A stretch of 64,000 nucleotides of DNA from Escherichia phage Ecwhy_1: the sequence record MH791411.1. One strand, 5' to 3'. The notes below the pieces were generated by a model. It was not told the DNA's origin, searched no databases, and was given only the letters and a program-made list of their open reading frames with translations. A program made the translations under genes and the position numbers. Below are positions 1 to 9,775 of this stretch, one piece after another. The number at the start of each line of letters is the position of its first letter. The stretch's first letter is position 1.

Positions 1-566
1 TGTCTAAATGTTTGAATGCATTAATGATACCACGTTTAAAATCACGCTGCATAGTACTGAATAGATTCTCAGGGAACACTGTAATAGGTGACATTGATTT
101 AAGAATGTATGTATCTTTAGCATTCTTAATATACTCAATGAAGCAGTAGTTAACGTCAGGCTCGATAGAACGATCCGCGTTATGATACCAGTGCTTAAAC
201 TCACTGTACTCAGCAAACTTATGCTGGCGTAATGCGTTACAATCCTCACACAATGCAGTCATGTTCTCTTTATCATTACCGCCCTGAAGACAGTCCAGTA
301 CATTATGGTCTAACGTCATGCGTACAAGGCGTTTCCCTTTAAGTACATAAGGTCTGAATTTATAACGGTCTTTAGTACTGTGCTTATGTAAAGTGAATAC
401 CACATTGGATTCACCACAACAATCACATTTAAAGCCATCACGTGACATTACATGAATGAGTTTTCGAGTATTTGGTCCGAACTCAGATTTAGTAATGTTG
501 CCGACAATTTCTGATGGTTCGTAGTATTTTGAATTCCGGCGAATCAATTCATCTATAGTGCTCATT
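1..566 (-). CDS. HNH endonuclease-like protein, partial (ORF runs past the window start)
   Basis: Hand translation from ATG at 566 stays open to position 1 (not in the supplied track, which has no stop to close it). Contains CDCCGES ... LDHNVLDCLQGGNDKENMTALCEDCN, a Cys-rich HNH-type motif. Confidence 0.55.
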
Positions 567-794
567 TTATATTTCTCCAGCAAGACACTCAAAAGTGACT
601 TTTTTAACTTCGATAACTCGTACCAAATAGTATCCATGAAAGAAATTAAAACCAATCATTTGTGATAATGCATCTGCTTCAGATTTTGCACGGATACATG
701 ATAGATATAGTTCTCGTATATCGCCATCCAACGATGCTTGTTTCTCGTCATTGATAACAATAGAACGAATCTCAAAACGAACACCATAACTCAT
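567..794 (-). CDS. hypothetical protein
   Basis: Six-frame ORF, 75 aa, abuts neighbours on the same strand. Confidence 0.4.
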   Translation of the reverse strand: MSYGVRFEIRSIVINDEKQASLDGDIRELYLSCIRAKSEADALSQMIGFNFFHGYYLVRVIEVKKVTFECLAGEI

Positions 795-1000
795 TCTGTT
801 TGTCCAACAATTAGTTTTTCTTTAGTATTACTATTGTAACACCACATTAATTCTTCACCAACTGTTCTAAGTGAAACGCTGTTTACTTGTTCATACGTAC
901 TGTCACGTACTGCAATGCATTGATTCATTGAATTCATTGGGGTGATTTGTACACCAGATTGTGGTGAAAGAGCAATAATTAAAAAGATTACTGAATTCAT
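791..1000 (-). CDS. hypothetical small protein with hydrophobic N-terminus
   Basis: Six-frame ORF, 69 aa; 4-nt overlap with the downstream gene; promoter-like element upstream. Confidence 0.45.
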   Translation of the reverse strand: MNSVIFLIIALSPQSGVQITPMNSMNQCIAVRDSTYEQVNSVSLRTVGEELMWCYNSNTKEKLIVGQTE

Positions 1001-1064
1001 TAGATATTCCTCAATGGTTAATCATCCATCTCTTCGAGATGTCTGTTCGCTTCTAATACTACGT

Positions 1065-1093
1065 ATTCTACGCGAATGAATCATAACTGTCAA
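1065..1093 (-). promoter_or_regulatory. sigma-70-type promoter (TTGACA, 17-nt spacer, TAGAAT)
   Basis: Minus-strand reading TTGACA-N17-TAGAAT about 60 nt upstream of the ORF starting at 1000. Confidence 0.45.
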
Positions 1094-1627
1094 GGACTTT
1101 TAATATTGACGGGATTTGAGGAAGGGATTTTTCTTCCCCCCGCACGGAGGGAAATTTGACGCTGATGGTATCAGAGCTATTGCATTGAAGATTACTCATA
1201 ACGAGTGCGAAAGCGGGTCATCCTGTTTCTCTCTACTTCAGTTTCATATGACGGTCTACACTTTTAAACATAGTGTATCTTCATTAAGTATCTATGCAAT
1301 CAAATACTTAATGTGAGTACTCAAATTTTGGACGCAACTTTCCTGTACAAAATTCGATAACTCTCCCTTAGATAATTCGTAAGGTGTTATCCTTATATGT
1401 CTATCGAGGAACCACCAGCTATCCTAACGTGGTTCTTTATACAGCCGCATTGCCGTGAGGGGTTCAAACTATGCCCACATCTAACGGGTTTCTTTTGCTG
1501 TTCGCTACAATGAAAAGCTCATCTATCCTTTACATTTTCAAGTGAAGTAGGGGAAGATTGTCAGTACCAGTACTGTCATTGTGATTGTACATAGATCATT
1601 GTATCACCATTAATAAATTTGTCCCAT

Positions 1628-1654
1628 AAAAAAAGGGCTGACCGAAGTCAACCC
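1628..1654 (-). terminator. intrinsic terminator
   Basis: Minus-strand RNA stem GGGUUGAC / GUCAGCCC with UUCG loop followed by a U-run, directly after the sigma gene stop at 1662. Confidence 0.6.
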
Positions 1655-1661
1655 TTTAATC

Positions 1662-2630
1662 TTAAAAATCTTCGAACTCATAACCTTTTGTCTTAACCAT
1701 CTTACGCAGTCGTTCCATTGCTTCAGAGTACTTACGGTGCAATGAAGAACGAGCAGTCATGACCTTACCCTTCTCATCTTCAAAACCACTCTCAATGATT
1801 TCTCGTAGCGTTTCTGGTTCAGAATAAGAACCAATACCATGTACACGTTCAATCAATTCACGGTCTTTGGCAGATAGGTTACTCATCATTTCTGCAATAC
1901 TTTGTACCAGTGGGGTACTGACAGTTTCTACGCCTAAGTTATAATCAGGTTCAACTGAAGTAACAATGTCAGATAATGTACTTTCTGAATCATTACTCAT
2001 TTTCATATTCAATGCTACATAAGTGTTATTGTAAGTTAGACAATTCTTAACGTGTTGAATCTCAATACCAGTCTCTTTTGACACCATCTCAGGAGTTGGG
2101 TATTTACCATGTTTCCTTTGATACTCTTCTACACAACGTTTCACATAAATGTTATTAACACTCATATAACGTGGGAAATGCACTAGATAATTAGCATCTG
2201 CACTTTCGTTATAGATTGTCATGTACACAGTTGTTGTTGCATATGTAATGAACTTAACATTTTTGGTAGTGTCGAACGTATGAATTGCTCGCATTAAACC
2301 TTCAACACCATAAGAAATCTTATCTTCAAATGGGATAAAACATGTACACTTACGTGCAACACTTACTACCATTGGATAGTTGTAGCGAACCAAAAGGTCA
2401 ATGTTCTTTTCAACGTCAATACCATCACGCACTGCTTGGATGAGCATTTCATTCGTTATCCCTTTAGGGCGAGTTAAGCTGATACCTGTTTTTGGTTTCT
2501 CAAACTTGTGACCGTCATGTTCTTCTTCTTCTTCGACGGAATCAAGAGCCTCTAATACGTTGACTTCTTCACTAGCAAAACACTCATCCAGTACTTCTTC
2601 AGAAATTGCATTTAAATCAAGCTTTTTCAC
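1662..2630 (-). CDS. sigma-70 family RNA polymerase sigma factor
   Basis: Region 2-like GVEGLMRAIHTFDTTKNVKFITYATTTVYMTI and region 4-like LSAKDRELIERVHGI...ETLREI...SEAMERLRKM; GTG start with AGGAG RBS 6 nt upstream. Confidence 0.7.
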   Translation of the reverse strand: MKKLDLNAISEEVLDECFASEEVNVLEALDSVEEEEEHDGHKFEKPKTGISLTRPKGITNEMLIQAVRDGIDVEKNIDLLVRYNYPMVVSVARKCTCFIPFEDKISYGVEGLMRAIHTFDTTKNVKFITYATTTVYMTIYNESADANYLVHFPRYMSVNNIYVKRCVEEYQRKHGKYPTPEMVSKETGIEIQHVKNCLTYNNTYVALNMKMSNDSESTLSDIVTSVEPDYNLGVETVSTPLVQSIAEMMSNLSAKDRELIERVHGIGSYSEPETLREIIESGFEDEKGKVMTARSSLHRKYSEAMERLRKMVKTKGYEFEDF

Positions 2631-2652
2631 TTACTTCTCCTAATGAATGAAA

Positions 2653-3150
2653 TCAAAAACGGTATACATTAATATTATCATCGGTATAGATATCATGGTT
2701 ATGAACATCCATGAAGGTATCAAATACCTTATCAAGAAGAGTATTATACTCTTCATGTACTGCTGCATCAAGCATGTATTCACCACCACTACCCATAAAG
2801 AATGTATAATCATTATGGAGATAATCAATCTTCTTGGTAAACTTACCCTTATTAACGATTAAGTGAATGATGTAATCTTTTGACACAAGAACACAGTGAC
2901 AACTCGCCTTGCGGTCTGGTATCACAGTCTCTTGTGAAATCAAGTATCTCAGTACTTTGTTAATTTCACTAACCTCACCGCAAGCACTAAACAGTCGGTC
3001 GTGTACATACAATGTTTTTTGTGAAACTACACCATAACTAAGTTTTGGTTTCAACGGGAATAGGTTCAAAAATGAACGTTGCTCAGTTGATGTCACTTTT
3101 GAATCAGTAAGTAATACTCCCAAGCGTTTATCAATATAAACAGTCGTCAT
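2653..3150 (-). CDS. HslV / proteasome beta-like Ntn-hydrolase peptidase
   Basis: N-terminal MTTV (Thr after Met, as in HslV MTTIV); central K..LY.D..FS..G block; FMGSGGEYMLDAA matches the HslV AIGSGGPYAQAA region. Confidence 0.5.
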   Translation of the reverse strand: MTTVYIDKRLGVLLTDSKVTSTEQRSFLNLFPLKPKLSYGVVSQKTLYVHDRLFSACGEVSEINKVLRYLISQETVIPDRKASCHCVLVSKDYIIHLIVNKGKFTKKIDYLHNDYTFFMGSGGEYMLDAAVHEEYNTLLDKVFDTFMDVHNHDIYTDDNINVYRF

Positions 3151-3151
3151 A

Positions 3152-3571
3152 TTAAACCTTATCTAAAAATTTATCATAGATATAATATTCTTTATCGTTG
3201 AATACATTAATTCCAGGATCGAAGCGTTGAAGTGTATTCATGTATAATGAACTTTTTAAATAAAAATACAATGCAACAAATTCAGATATATGCATATTCT
3301 TTTTATTATTACATAAATTCTTTAGCATTTTAATGCTATCAAAATCATCTTTATCATATCTGTACTGGAAAAAATTGTATCTATTTGAACGGCACTCATA
3401 GATGCGAAGTGCCATTATATCAATACATGCTTGAGATTTACAGTACTTATTCAATACAGGGTAATCACCAGTACATAATGCTACGAAGATTTTATGTGCA
3501 AGCGTAGCTTTACCTTCAATCGTATAATAACCAAAAAACTTAATGATTAAGTAATGTATAAATCTAAGCAT
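3152..3571 (-). CDS. hypothetical protein
   Basis: Six-frame ORF, 139 aa, very AT-rich. Confidence 0.45.
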   Translation of the reverse strand: MLRFIHYLIIKFFGYYTIEGKATLAHKIFVALCTGDYPVLNKYCKSQACIDIMALRIYECRSNRYNFFQYRYDKDDFDSIKMLKNLCNNKKNMHISEFVALYFYLKSSLYMNTLQRFDPGINVFNDKEYYIYDKFLDKV

Positions 3572-3576
3572 TGGAT

Positions 3577-3837
3577 TTAGAATTTCTCCGAAATTACAAG
3601 TGTATCATCATAGTCATCAGCAACGGAGTTCAGTACTTTCAAATTACTTTCACCAGAAATACTTTGTACTTCGTTCAAAAGATAGTTTAGATCAACTTTA
3701 GTTACTTTTTCTGAATCAAACACACAGAAAGTCAATTCAGCGTTTGGACAGATCTTCTTCAGATTATCAGCAACAACTTGTTTGAAGTTAAAAGATGGGG
3801 AAGCAACCAGGTTAACTGCAACGAGAATAGATTTCAT
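3577..3837 (-). CDS. hypothetical protein
   Basis: Six-frame ORF, 86 aa. Confidence 0.45.
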   Translation of the reverse strand: MKSILVAVNLVASPSFNFKQVVADNLKKICPNAELTFCVFDSEKVTKVDLNYLLNEVQSISGESNLKVLNSVADDYDDTLVISEKF

Positions 3838-3911
3838 AATGTTTTCCTTTTTAGCTGATAATTAAATTAGGAGCACATTGTACTCCATGTTATTGGTTAA
3901 GTCAAATACTT

Positions 3912-4163
3912 TTAGATACCGAGTACTGAATTCAATTCTTTACGCTTGTTATATGAATCAGATTCAAACTTACTTTTCTTATTGAAAAGGGATTCGATAT
4001 CCTTATAGATAGCTTCGATGGATTTAGTTACAACCCATTCGGATTCCTGAAGCATAGCTTGAAGACGTGCGTACTCAACTTTGATAGTACTGCGAAGTTC
4101 TTCACAAGCTTCTTCGTTCTTAATTAGTGCTTCACTAAGTTCTTTGACCTTATCGATGTTCAT
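3912..4163 (-). CDS. hypothetical coiled-coil protein
   Basis: Six-frame ORF, 83 aa, charged heptad-like sequence. Confidence 0.45.
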   Translation of the reverse strand: MNIDKVKELSEALIKNEEACEELRSTIKVEYARLQAMLQESEWVVTKSIEAIYKDIESLFNKKSKFESDSYNKRKELNSVLGI

Positions 4164-4222
4164 AAGTTCCTTACCATTTCCCAGTTTTGATGTAATAATT
4201 ATATATGACTCAATAACTCACG

Positions 4223-4648
4223 TCAACTGTTTTCCGTACCTTTCTCTGCCATTTTGGTGATGTGCCATTTGAGTACTGATTTGTGTACCATAAAAAATGT
4301 GAATGCAAAGACTGTAATGGCTGCTGAAGTAACACTATTAGATAAAGACCCAAGTTGGATATTAGTACCTAAAATAACAATAAATGGATACAACACAATC
4401 AATCTACTGTAAGGTTCGTCTCCAGTATCACGGATAAATCCAAGCCTTTCATGATCAGTATCCATAGTGACAATTGGACAGAACATAAGTGCAGACATAA
4501 CAGCAATACCAATTTGTGCTACATTGGCAATTGTAAACCACAAAGGATTTAAACCATATGAAATGTTGTTTTCAGTACAGTAATATCCAAATGTATTGAT
4601 TGCACAAACTAAAAATACAAAAATACAAATCTTATTGTATCCCCTCAT
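4223..4648 (-). CDS. hypothetical membrane protein
   Basis: Six-frame ORF, 141 aa, several hydrophobic segments. Confidence 0.5.
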   Translation of the reverse strand: MRGYNKICIFVFLVCAINTFGYYCTENNISYGLNPLWFTIANVAQIGIAVMSALMFCPIVTMDTDHERLGFIRDTGDEPYSRLIVLYPFIVILGTNIQLGSLSNSVTSAAITVFAFTFFMVHKSVLKWHITKMAEKGTENS

Positions 4649-5082
4649 TTGTTTAGCTCCGTTAATTTTCGTTTAACTTCAAGATCATAATACTCATCAG
4701 CATATGAGTTTTGAACAGTTCTTGTATATTCCAACATAACAAACATAGAACCACACACCCACAGATAAGTATAGTAATCAAATACAAAAGCATAGATAAT
4801 ACATGGTATTAAAATAAATGTAAACACAAAACTATATCTCTTAGTACCGAATACTTTAACAAAAAGCAGACGGCGGCAATCACGTGCAAATGTATGAATA
4901 CATATAGAAAATATAATCAATGAATACCATGAAATGCCCTGGATTACACCTGAAACATTTACAAGTTTATGTCCGTCTGGAAACCCCAGTGCATTAAGCA
5001 CTGGAGCCATAACCCAACCAATAATAGCAATAAGAAATAGATACTTTGCATTGCTAAGTGTGAACATTATTTCAGTCCCCAT
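4645..5082 (-). CDS. hypothetical membrane protein
   Basis: Six-frame ORF, 145 aa, hydrophobic segments; 4-nt overlap with neighbour. Confidence 0.5.
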   Translation of the reverse strand: MGTEIMFTLSNAKYLFLIAIIGWVMAPVLNALGFPDGHKLVNVSGVIQGISWYSLIIFSICIHTFARDCRRLLFVKVFGTKRYSFVFTFILIPCIIYAFVFDYYTYLWVCGSMFVMLEYTRTVQNSYADEYYDLEVKRKLTELNK

Positions 5083-5525
5083 GCCTTTTTAATAGCATCC
5101 ACTGCGTTCTGGTCTACGACTTCCTGTTTAGTAGCACTGGTTTGTAGTTTATCAATTACATAGTTCTTAGCATCTTTTTCAATCATAAACTTACCATCAA
5201 CTAAACACCCAAATACTTTAGAGTTACGTGCTGGGTATGTCCCGATTTCATCAAGAGTACGAACTTTCTTATCAACTACAATTGCTTTGATGTAACCAGT
5301 TTCCAGTACTGTAGTGATGACAGTCATTTCGATTGCAATTGGTGACTCTTCCCAGAATGCAATCCACTTGGTGAAGCTGCGGTCCGGTGAATCTTTTGTT
5401 GGCTTCAGTTTAATTGCACTGTTGAAAATGTACTGCTTGAATCCATCTTCAACCACTTCACTGATACTTAGGTAACCTTCACGTTCTTCTGCGTTGCGTT
5501 TGAATTGAGTAGCTAATACGTCCAT
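5067..5525 (-). CDS. hypothetical protein
   Basis: Six-frame ORF, 152 aa. Confidence 0.5.
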   Translation of the reverse strand: MDVLATQFKRNAEEREGYLSISEVVEDGFKQYIFNSAIKLKPTKDSPDRSFTKWIAFWEESPIAIEMTVITTVLETGYIKAIVVDKKVRTLDEIGTYPARNSKVFGCLVDGKFMIEKDAKNYVIDKLQTSATKQEVVDQNAVDAIKKAWGLK

Positions 5526-5578
5526 CGTTAAATCCTCTTGTCAGTTATTGCGGTACGAAGCTATTATACTGCCATTTA

Positions 5579-6022
5579 CTATTTGGAGTCAACACATTTC
5601 AACAAGTATTTTTCTATGTATCTTATATGTGATGGTGGTAACAGTAAGTTTTCGTATCTAACCCTGTACACACTACAATCACCTAGATGAAAGTGACTGG
5701 TAGGATACAAGTCAGTTCTAATACTAACACGTTTACGATTATCAGTAAAGTTAATTAATGATTTTGGATTGTTATTAGCATGAGTTCTTACAAAGTATTC
5801 AATTTCATTGAGTGCTTTTTCGTCGTATACATACTTGTCAAACACACCTAGTGTAAAGTACCTTGGATGGTACATATATGAGAATAACAATGCAGGAATA
5901 TACTTCTTTATCCCTTCGTGTTTTGCAATAGCTGAAGCATATGCAAAATGTGATGCATCAGAGAAGATGTTAAGAAAAATGAAATATGACACTAATAAAC
6001 CTAGAATCAGCAAAAGTGTCAT
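5579..6022 (-). CDS. hypothetical protein with N-terminal membrane anchor
   Basis: Six-frame ORF, 147 aa, hydrophobic N-terminus. Confidence 0.5.
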   Translation of the reverse strand: MTLLLILGLLVSYFIFLNIFSDASHFAYASAIAKHEGIKKYIPALLFSYMYHPRYFTLGVFDKYVYDEKALNEIEYFVRTHANNNPKSLINFTDNRKRVSIRTDLYPTSHFHLGDCSVYRVRYENLLLPPSHIRYIEKYLLKCVDSK

Positions 6023-6483
6023 TCAAAACCTCTGTATTTTTCATATACTTCAACACATTCCATGATCTTGTCATCATCGGTCATGTCATAACCCTGAAGA
6101 AATTCTTCTTTATCAACCTTAGCAGCCATCATGTCATCATCCGAGATCCTCGAATCATAGAATGTGTACATATCTTTATAGTACTGCTTGTTGTGCTGTT
6201 CATCCTTAACCTTAGCATACCCAGCACAAAACGATGGCGATTTGACTACATTCCATTTATGCTTTTTGATAGGCTTATCATTAGCATGTTTTTCACGGTA
6301 TTGCTGGCGGTAACGTTCACGCATCTCAGGCATGTATTCTTCAGCAGTACGTTTTGGTTGGGCTTTCCCTGTTCCAATCGTCTTGATTGTTTGACGCTGG
6401 TCTTCCGCATGTACTGGTGCAACAAAGCAGGAAGTACTGAATACAACAGCAGTGATTACTAGAAAGTGTTTAAACATAATCAA
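6019..6483 (-). CDS. hypothetical secreted protein
   Basis: Six-frame ORF, 154 aa; signal-peptide-like N-terminus MIMFKHFLVITAVVFSTSCFVAPVHA. Confidence 0.5.
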   Translation of the reverse strand: MIMFKHFLVITAVVFSTSCFVAPVHAEDQRQTIKTIGTGKAQPKRTAEEYMPEMRERYRQQYREKHANDKPIKKHKWNVVKSPSFCAGYAKVKDEQHNKQYYKDMYTFYDSRISDDDMMAAKVDKEEFLQGYDMTDDDKIMECVEVYEKYRGFE

Positions 6484-6707
6484 ACCTCTTTTACAATAAT
6501 GTCGATTTGCACAGGAATAGCAATCTCACTGTTGCATGAATAAACATCTGCACAGTACTCAATATCTAGTACTTCATAGTATTTTTCAAAGCCACAGATT
6601 GTAAGATTCAACGTAGCACCAATAGCTGGCAATACGGGAAAGGATAAAAATGCAATTTTAGAATTAAATTCTTCATTAATATCTTGATATACAGTTGCCT
6701 GAATCAT
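6480..6707 (-). CDS. hypothetical protein
   Basis: Six-frame ORF, 75 aa, overlapping start/stop with neighbours. Confidence 0.4.
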   Translation of the reverse strand: MIQATVYQDINEEFNSKIAFLSFPVLPAIGATLNLTICGFEKYYEVLDIEYCADVYSCNSEIAIPVQIDIIVKEV

Positions 6708-7288
6708 AATGGTAACTCCTGAAGTGGTTTAATAATACTCAGTACTGGGTGATTTTCAATCATTGGTCGCCCTGGTACACCTGTTAGCACAACTGGAATC
6801 GAACTAATGTCTTTTACATAGTTGAATCCCTCAAATGTGAATTCTTGCTTTTTCTCATTATACAATACCCACAGAATAACGTCAGCTTTTTTCTGTATAT
6901 TTTTTAACTGTCGAGTACTAACACATGGTCCAAAGTCGGTCCACGATTTGTACTTGATACCTTTCACTTCAATTCTTAAGTTGTTTACTTTGATATCACA
7001 TTCCCCATCACGTCCATCACTTTGGAACGCTGGATCGATGTTAAGTGCAATACCTGAATAGTTTTCAATTTCATTAAAAAGTACAAATGACGCATGTTCA
7101 CATACCATCCCCACAAAATGACTGTGAGCGTGATTAAATCCATACGGCGATTTACTTGCAGGTGCAAGAATTTTATATCGTTCGGATTTCTCAATTGCTT
7201 TAGCCATAAAAGAATCAGCTTCATCTTTGTATAGCTTAACAGTCATTTTACCATTTTTCAGTACTAAACGTTTTTCTACAACACTCAT
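6704..7288 (-). CDS. hypothetical protein
   Basis: Six-frame ORF, 194 aa; AGGGG RBS and promoter-like element upstream. Confidence 0.55.
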   Translation of the reverse strand: MSVVEKRLVLKNGKMTVKLYKDEADSFMAKAIEKSERYKILAPASKSPYGFNHAHSHFVGMVCEHASFVLFNEIENYSGIALNIDPAFQSDGRDGECDIKVNNLRIEVKGIKYKSWTDFGPCVSTRQLKNIQKKADVILWVLYNEKKQEFTFEGFNYVKDISSIPVVLTGVPGRPMIENHPVLSIIKPLQELPL

Positions 7289-7315
7289 AAAATCCCCTTA
7301 TTGATATTCCATTTA

Positions 7316-7344
7316 AGTATACGTCAAAAACACAACTCAGTCAA
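7316..7344 (-). promoter_or_regulatory. sigma-70-type promoter (TTGACT, 17-nt spacer, TATACT)
   Basis: Minus-strand TTGACT-N17-TATACT about 25 nt upstream of the start at 7288. Confidence 0.45.
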
Positions 7345-7404
7345 GGTGCTTTTTTACCTATCTAGAATAAATACGTTATAATAATTATACCAATGGAGGG
7401 ATGA

Positions 7405-8562
7405 ATGTCAAGATCGATTGCTGCTGCTGGACGATATAAGTTCGGTGAATGTGGATATGTAGTCGATGGTGCAATTCTCAACGATGGGACTAAACTCAAA
7501 AATGTTCGAATCTATCGTCAGAGAAGCCATAGATTATATGATTTACTTGATCCTGTAAGTAATGTAATTTATCGTAAAGTACAAATTACAACAAAGGATA
7601 TACAAGGATATCAATTAAACTACAACAAAACTAATGACCAAATCCTAAGTGAAATAAGAAAGAACTCTTTTTTCGTAAGAGGATACTCAGATGCTAAACT
7701 TGAATCAGATCCTACTGGGTTTGTTTATAAGTTTCTTTTGCACAAAACAATTCTAGGTAGTTCACAAACACTATATAATATGTACACCCCTGAATGCGGG
7801 ATTATAGATAGAGATATAGACAACATCCTTATGTTCCCAACGTTCGTAGGTGATGATTTGGTAGGTGGTCGCCTATTCAACGCAGGTTCAGCCATTGATA
7901 CGAATGGAATGCGTATTACCGTTATTCTTCCTGATGGAACAGAGTACTTCACTACTGAAATAATTGATGATGTTTTTAGTATTCCAGTTGATCCAATTAC
8001 TCAATCCGGTAAAGGAACCATCATACTCACTTCTGACATATATAATACCAAAACTATAGAATTTGATATACTAGAAAGCGGCGAAGATATTGACTTCGTT
8101 ACTTCAGTACTTCTATCTCAGTTTGAGTACACGTCCGATGGTATGTACATGGCAACTGTACCAGCTACTGTGCATGAGCGTGGTGAGTATCTTGCTCTAC
8201 AAGCATACAGTGGTGATTTATTCCAAATTGGAGTAGACCTCATTGTAGATCCTAGCGGTAATATTACTGTGTACCAAACTGATGATGCTCCAATCTCATT
8301 GAGTATTATTGGTAAAACCTTACACACCACTCCATATCACAACACGTATACCGATAGTGATTGGGTAGATGATGGTGATTCTATGTACACACTGTCCATT
8401 CCTGCCAGTGAACATGGTAAAATCCTCCCACAAGTTCAAGTCTATGCTGAAGACAATCACGTTGTACTAAGTGAAGTTGAACTAGATGCCGATGATAATG
8501 TTGTATTAAAAGTTGTTGAACCATTTGGCTGTACTGTAGTCATTGTTGGTTATAACGCATAA
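7405..8562 (+). CDS. hypothetical protein (isolated plus-strand gene)
   Basis: Six-frame ORF, 385 aa; GGAGGG RBS upstream; intrinsic terminator directly downstream. Confidence 0.6.
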   Translation: MSRSIAAAGRYKFGECGYVVDGAILNDGTKLKNVRIYRQRSHRLYDLLDPVSNVIYRKVQITTKDIQGYQLNYNKTNDQILSEIRKNSFFVRGYSDAKLESDPTGFVYKFLLHKTILGSSQTLYNMYTPECGIIDRDIDNILMFPTFVGDDLVGGRLFNAGSAIDTNGMRITVILPDGTEYFTTEIIDDVFSIPVDPITQSGKGTIILTSDIYNTKTIEFDILESGEDIDFVTSVLLSQFEYTSDGMYMATVPATVHERGEYLALQAYSGDLFQIGVDLIVDPSGNITVYQTDDAPISLSIIGKTLHTTPYHNTYTDSDWVDDGDSMYTLSIPASEHGKILPQVQVYAEDNHVVLSEVELDADDNVVLKVVEPFGCTVVIVGYNA

Positions 8563-8563
8563 C

Positions 8564-8597
8564 AAAAAAGCCACTACATTGTAGTGGCTTTTCTTTT
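8564..8597. terminator. bidirectional intrinsic terminator
   Basis: Stem GCCACTAC / GTAGTGGC flanked by an A-run and a T-run, between convergent genes ending at 8562 (+) and 8607 (-). Confidence 0.65.
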
Positions 8598-8606
8598 ATC
8601 TATATC

Positions 8607-9422
8607 TTATTTGAAGTTTTTACGTAGAACTTCTTCCAGTGTTTGTTCTGGATTAGCAATTGCAACAGTGTAAATCAAATCTTTGAATGCCTGTACTGCT
8701 TGCTCAGTTGCTTCTTTACCGAAGTTTGCTGAAATACTGCTAAACATATTTTCAGCACGTTCAGAACTAATTAGTTCATTAACAAAGGTATCAATCTCTT
8801 TTTTGAGTTGTCCAGTTGTCATGTCACCAATTAGCATTTCATCAACTTCTGGCTTTTCATCAGTACTAACACGTACATTTGTAAAGCCAAATACATCATC
8901 CAGTGAACCAAAACTATGTTTAACTTTAGTAACAATAGATGGCTTGGTGCGTTCTACTGGTTCTTCTTGTTTCTCTTCAGAATCAGTGCTTGATTCGTAT
9001 GGCTTGGTGAACATATGAGTGAGAACGTCATCAATGTTTTTAATCATACCTTCTACACGTTCTTCAGTTTTCTTAGTAACTTCTTTGAATGCTTGCTCAA
9101 GTAGACGATCTTGAACTGTAGTACGTACATCACCAACAACACCACGTAATTTTTCATTACACTGGTCTAGAATTGATAATAGTTCACCACTTTTAATTTT
9201 GTCAACCAATAAATCAAGGTCAGATTTAACTTCAGGTTTCTTCTCAATACCATTTAGTAAGCTGTTAAGCTCTTGAGCACCCTCAATCGCTTCTTGATGA
9301 CTGGTAAATTGAACAGGCACATCAACACCATCTAGAACGATATTGAGTACTTTACCATCTACATAAGCGTAAGAGTAAGATTCTTTTTTGAAGGAAATGG
9401 TTTTGAAGAAAATGTTGCTCAT
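8607..9422 (-). CDS. hypothetical acidic protein
   Basis: Six-frame ORF, 271 aa. Confidence 0.55.
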   Translation of the reverse strand: MSNIFFKTISFKKESYSYAYVDGKVLNIVLDGVDVPVQFTSHQEAIEGAQELNSLLNGIEKKPEVKSDLDLLVDKIKSGELLSILDQCNEKLRGVVGDVRTTVQDRLLEQAFKEVTKKTEERVEGMIKNIDDVLTHMFTKPYESSTDSEEKQEEPVERTKPSIVTKVKHSFGSLDDVFGFTNVRVSTDEKPEVDEMLIGDMTTGQLKKEIDTFVNELISSERAENMFSSISANFGKEATEQAVQAFKDLIYTVAIANPEQTLEEVLRKNFK

Positions 9423-9433
9423 ATTGTTACTCC

Positions 9434-9775
9434 TTATTTCCCAGATGCTGGGTATGTTTTAAACATATAGTGACATTGTACTAAATCATTGAATTTCAAT
9501 CCAAAATCTTTAGTACCCATCAGTGTGTGATAAAAATAATGTGAAATCTCATTGGTTTCTGCATCTTTAATATAGATACCGAACTCGGTACAGCAGAACT
9601 GAACGACTTCATTATAACCTACTAATTTCGAAACAACAAGTACTTGATCATAAGAATTTGCATCAAAACGAATGATATACATATCTTCAGTTTCAGGATG
9701 CACAATCATACCACCACGTGAAATGATTTTGACAAAATTCTCGCTCAAGTACTGAATTGTTGAACTCATGTCCAT
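9434..9775 (-). CDS. hypothetical protein
   Basis: Six-frame ORF, 113 aa. Confidence 0.5.
   Translation of the reverse strand: MDMSSTIQYLSENFVKIISRGGMIVHPETEDMYIIRFDANSYDQVLVVSKLVGYNEVVQFCCTEFGIYIKDAETNEISHYFYHTLMGTKDFGLKFNDLVQCHYMFKTYPASGK

Noticed and set aside
4-249. 81-aa minus-strand ORF from the track
   Set aside because: It overlaps, in another frame, the longer HNH-like reading frame that runs from 566 to the window edge.
2640-2862. Track ORFs 2640..2828 (-) and 2647..2862 (+)
   Set aside because: Both sit inside the HslV-like gene in other frames or antisense; low-complexity AT-rich translations with no RBS.
5808-6462. Plus-strand ORFs 5808..6065 and 5986..6462
   Set aside because: Antisense shadows of minus-strand genes 5579..6022 and 6019..6483; the minus-strand genes have coherent start/stop coupling.
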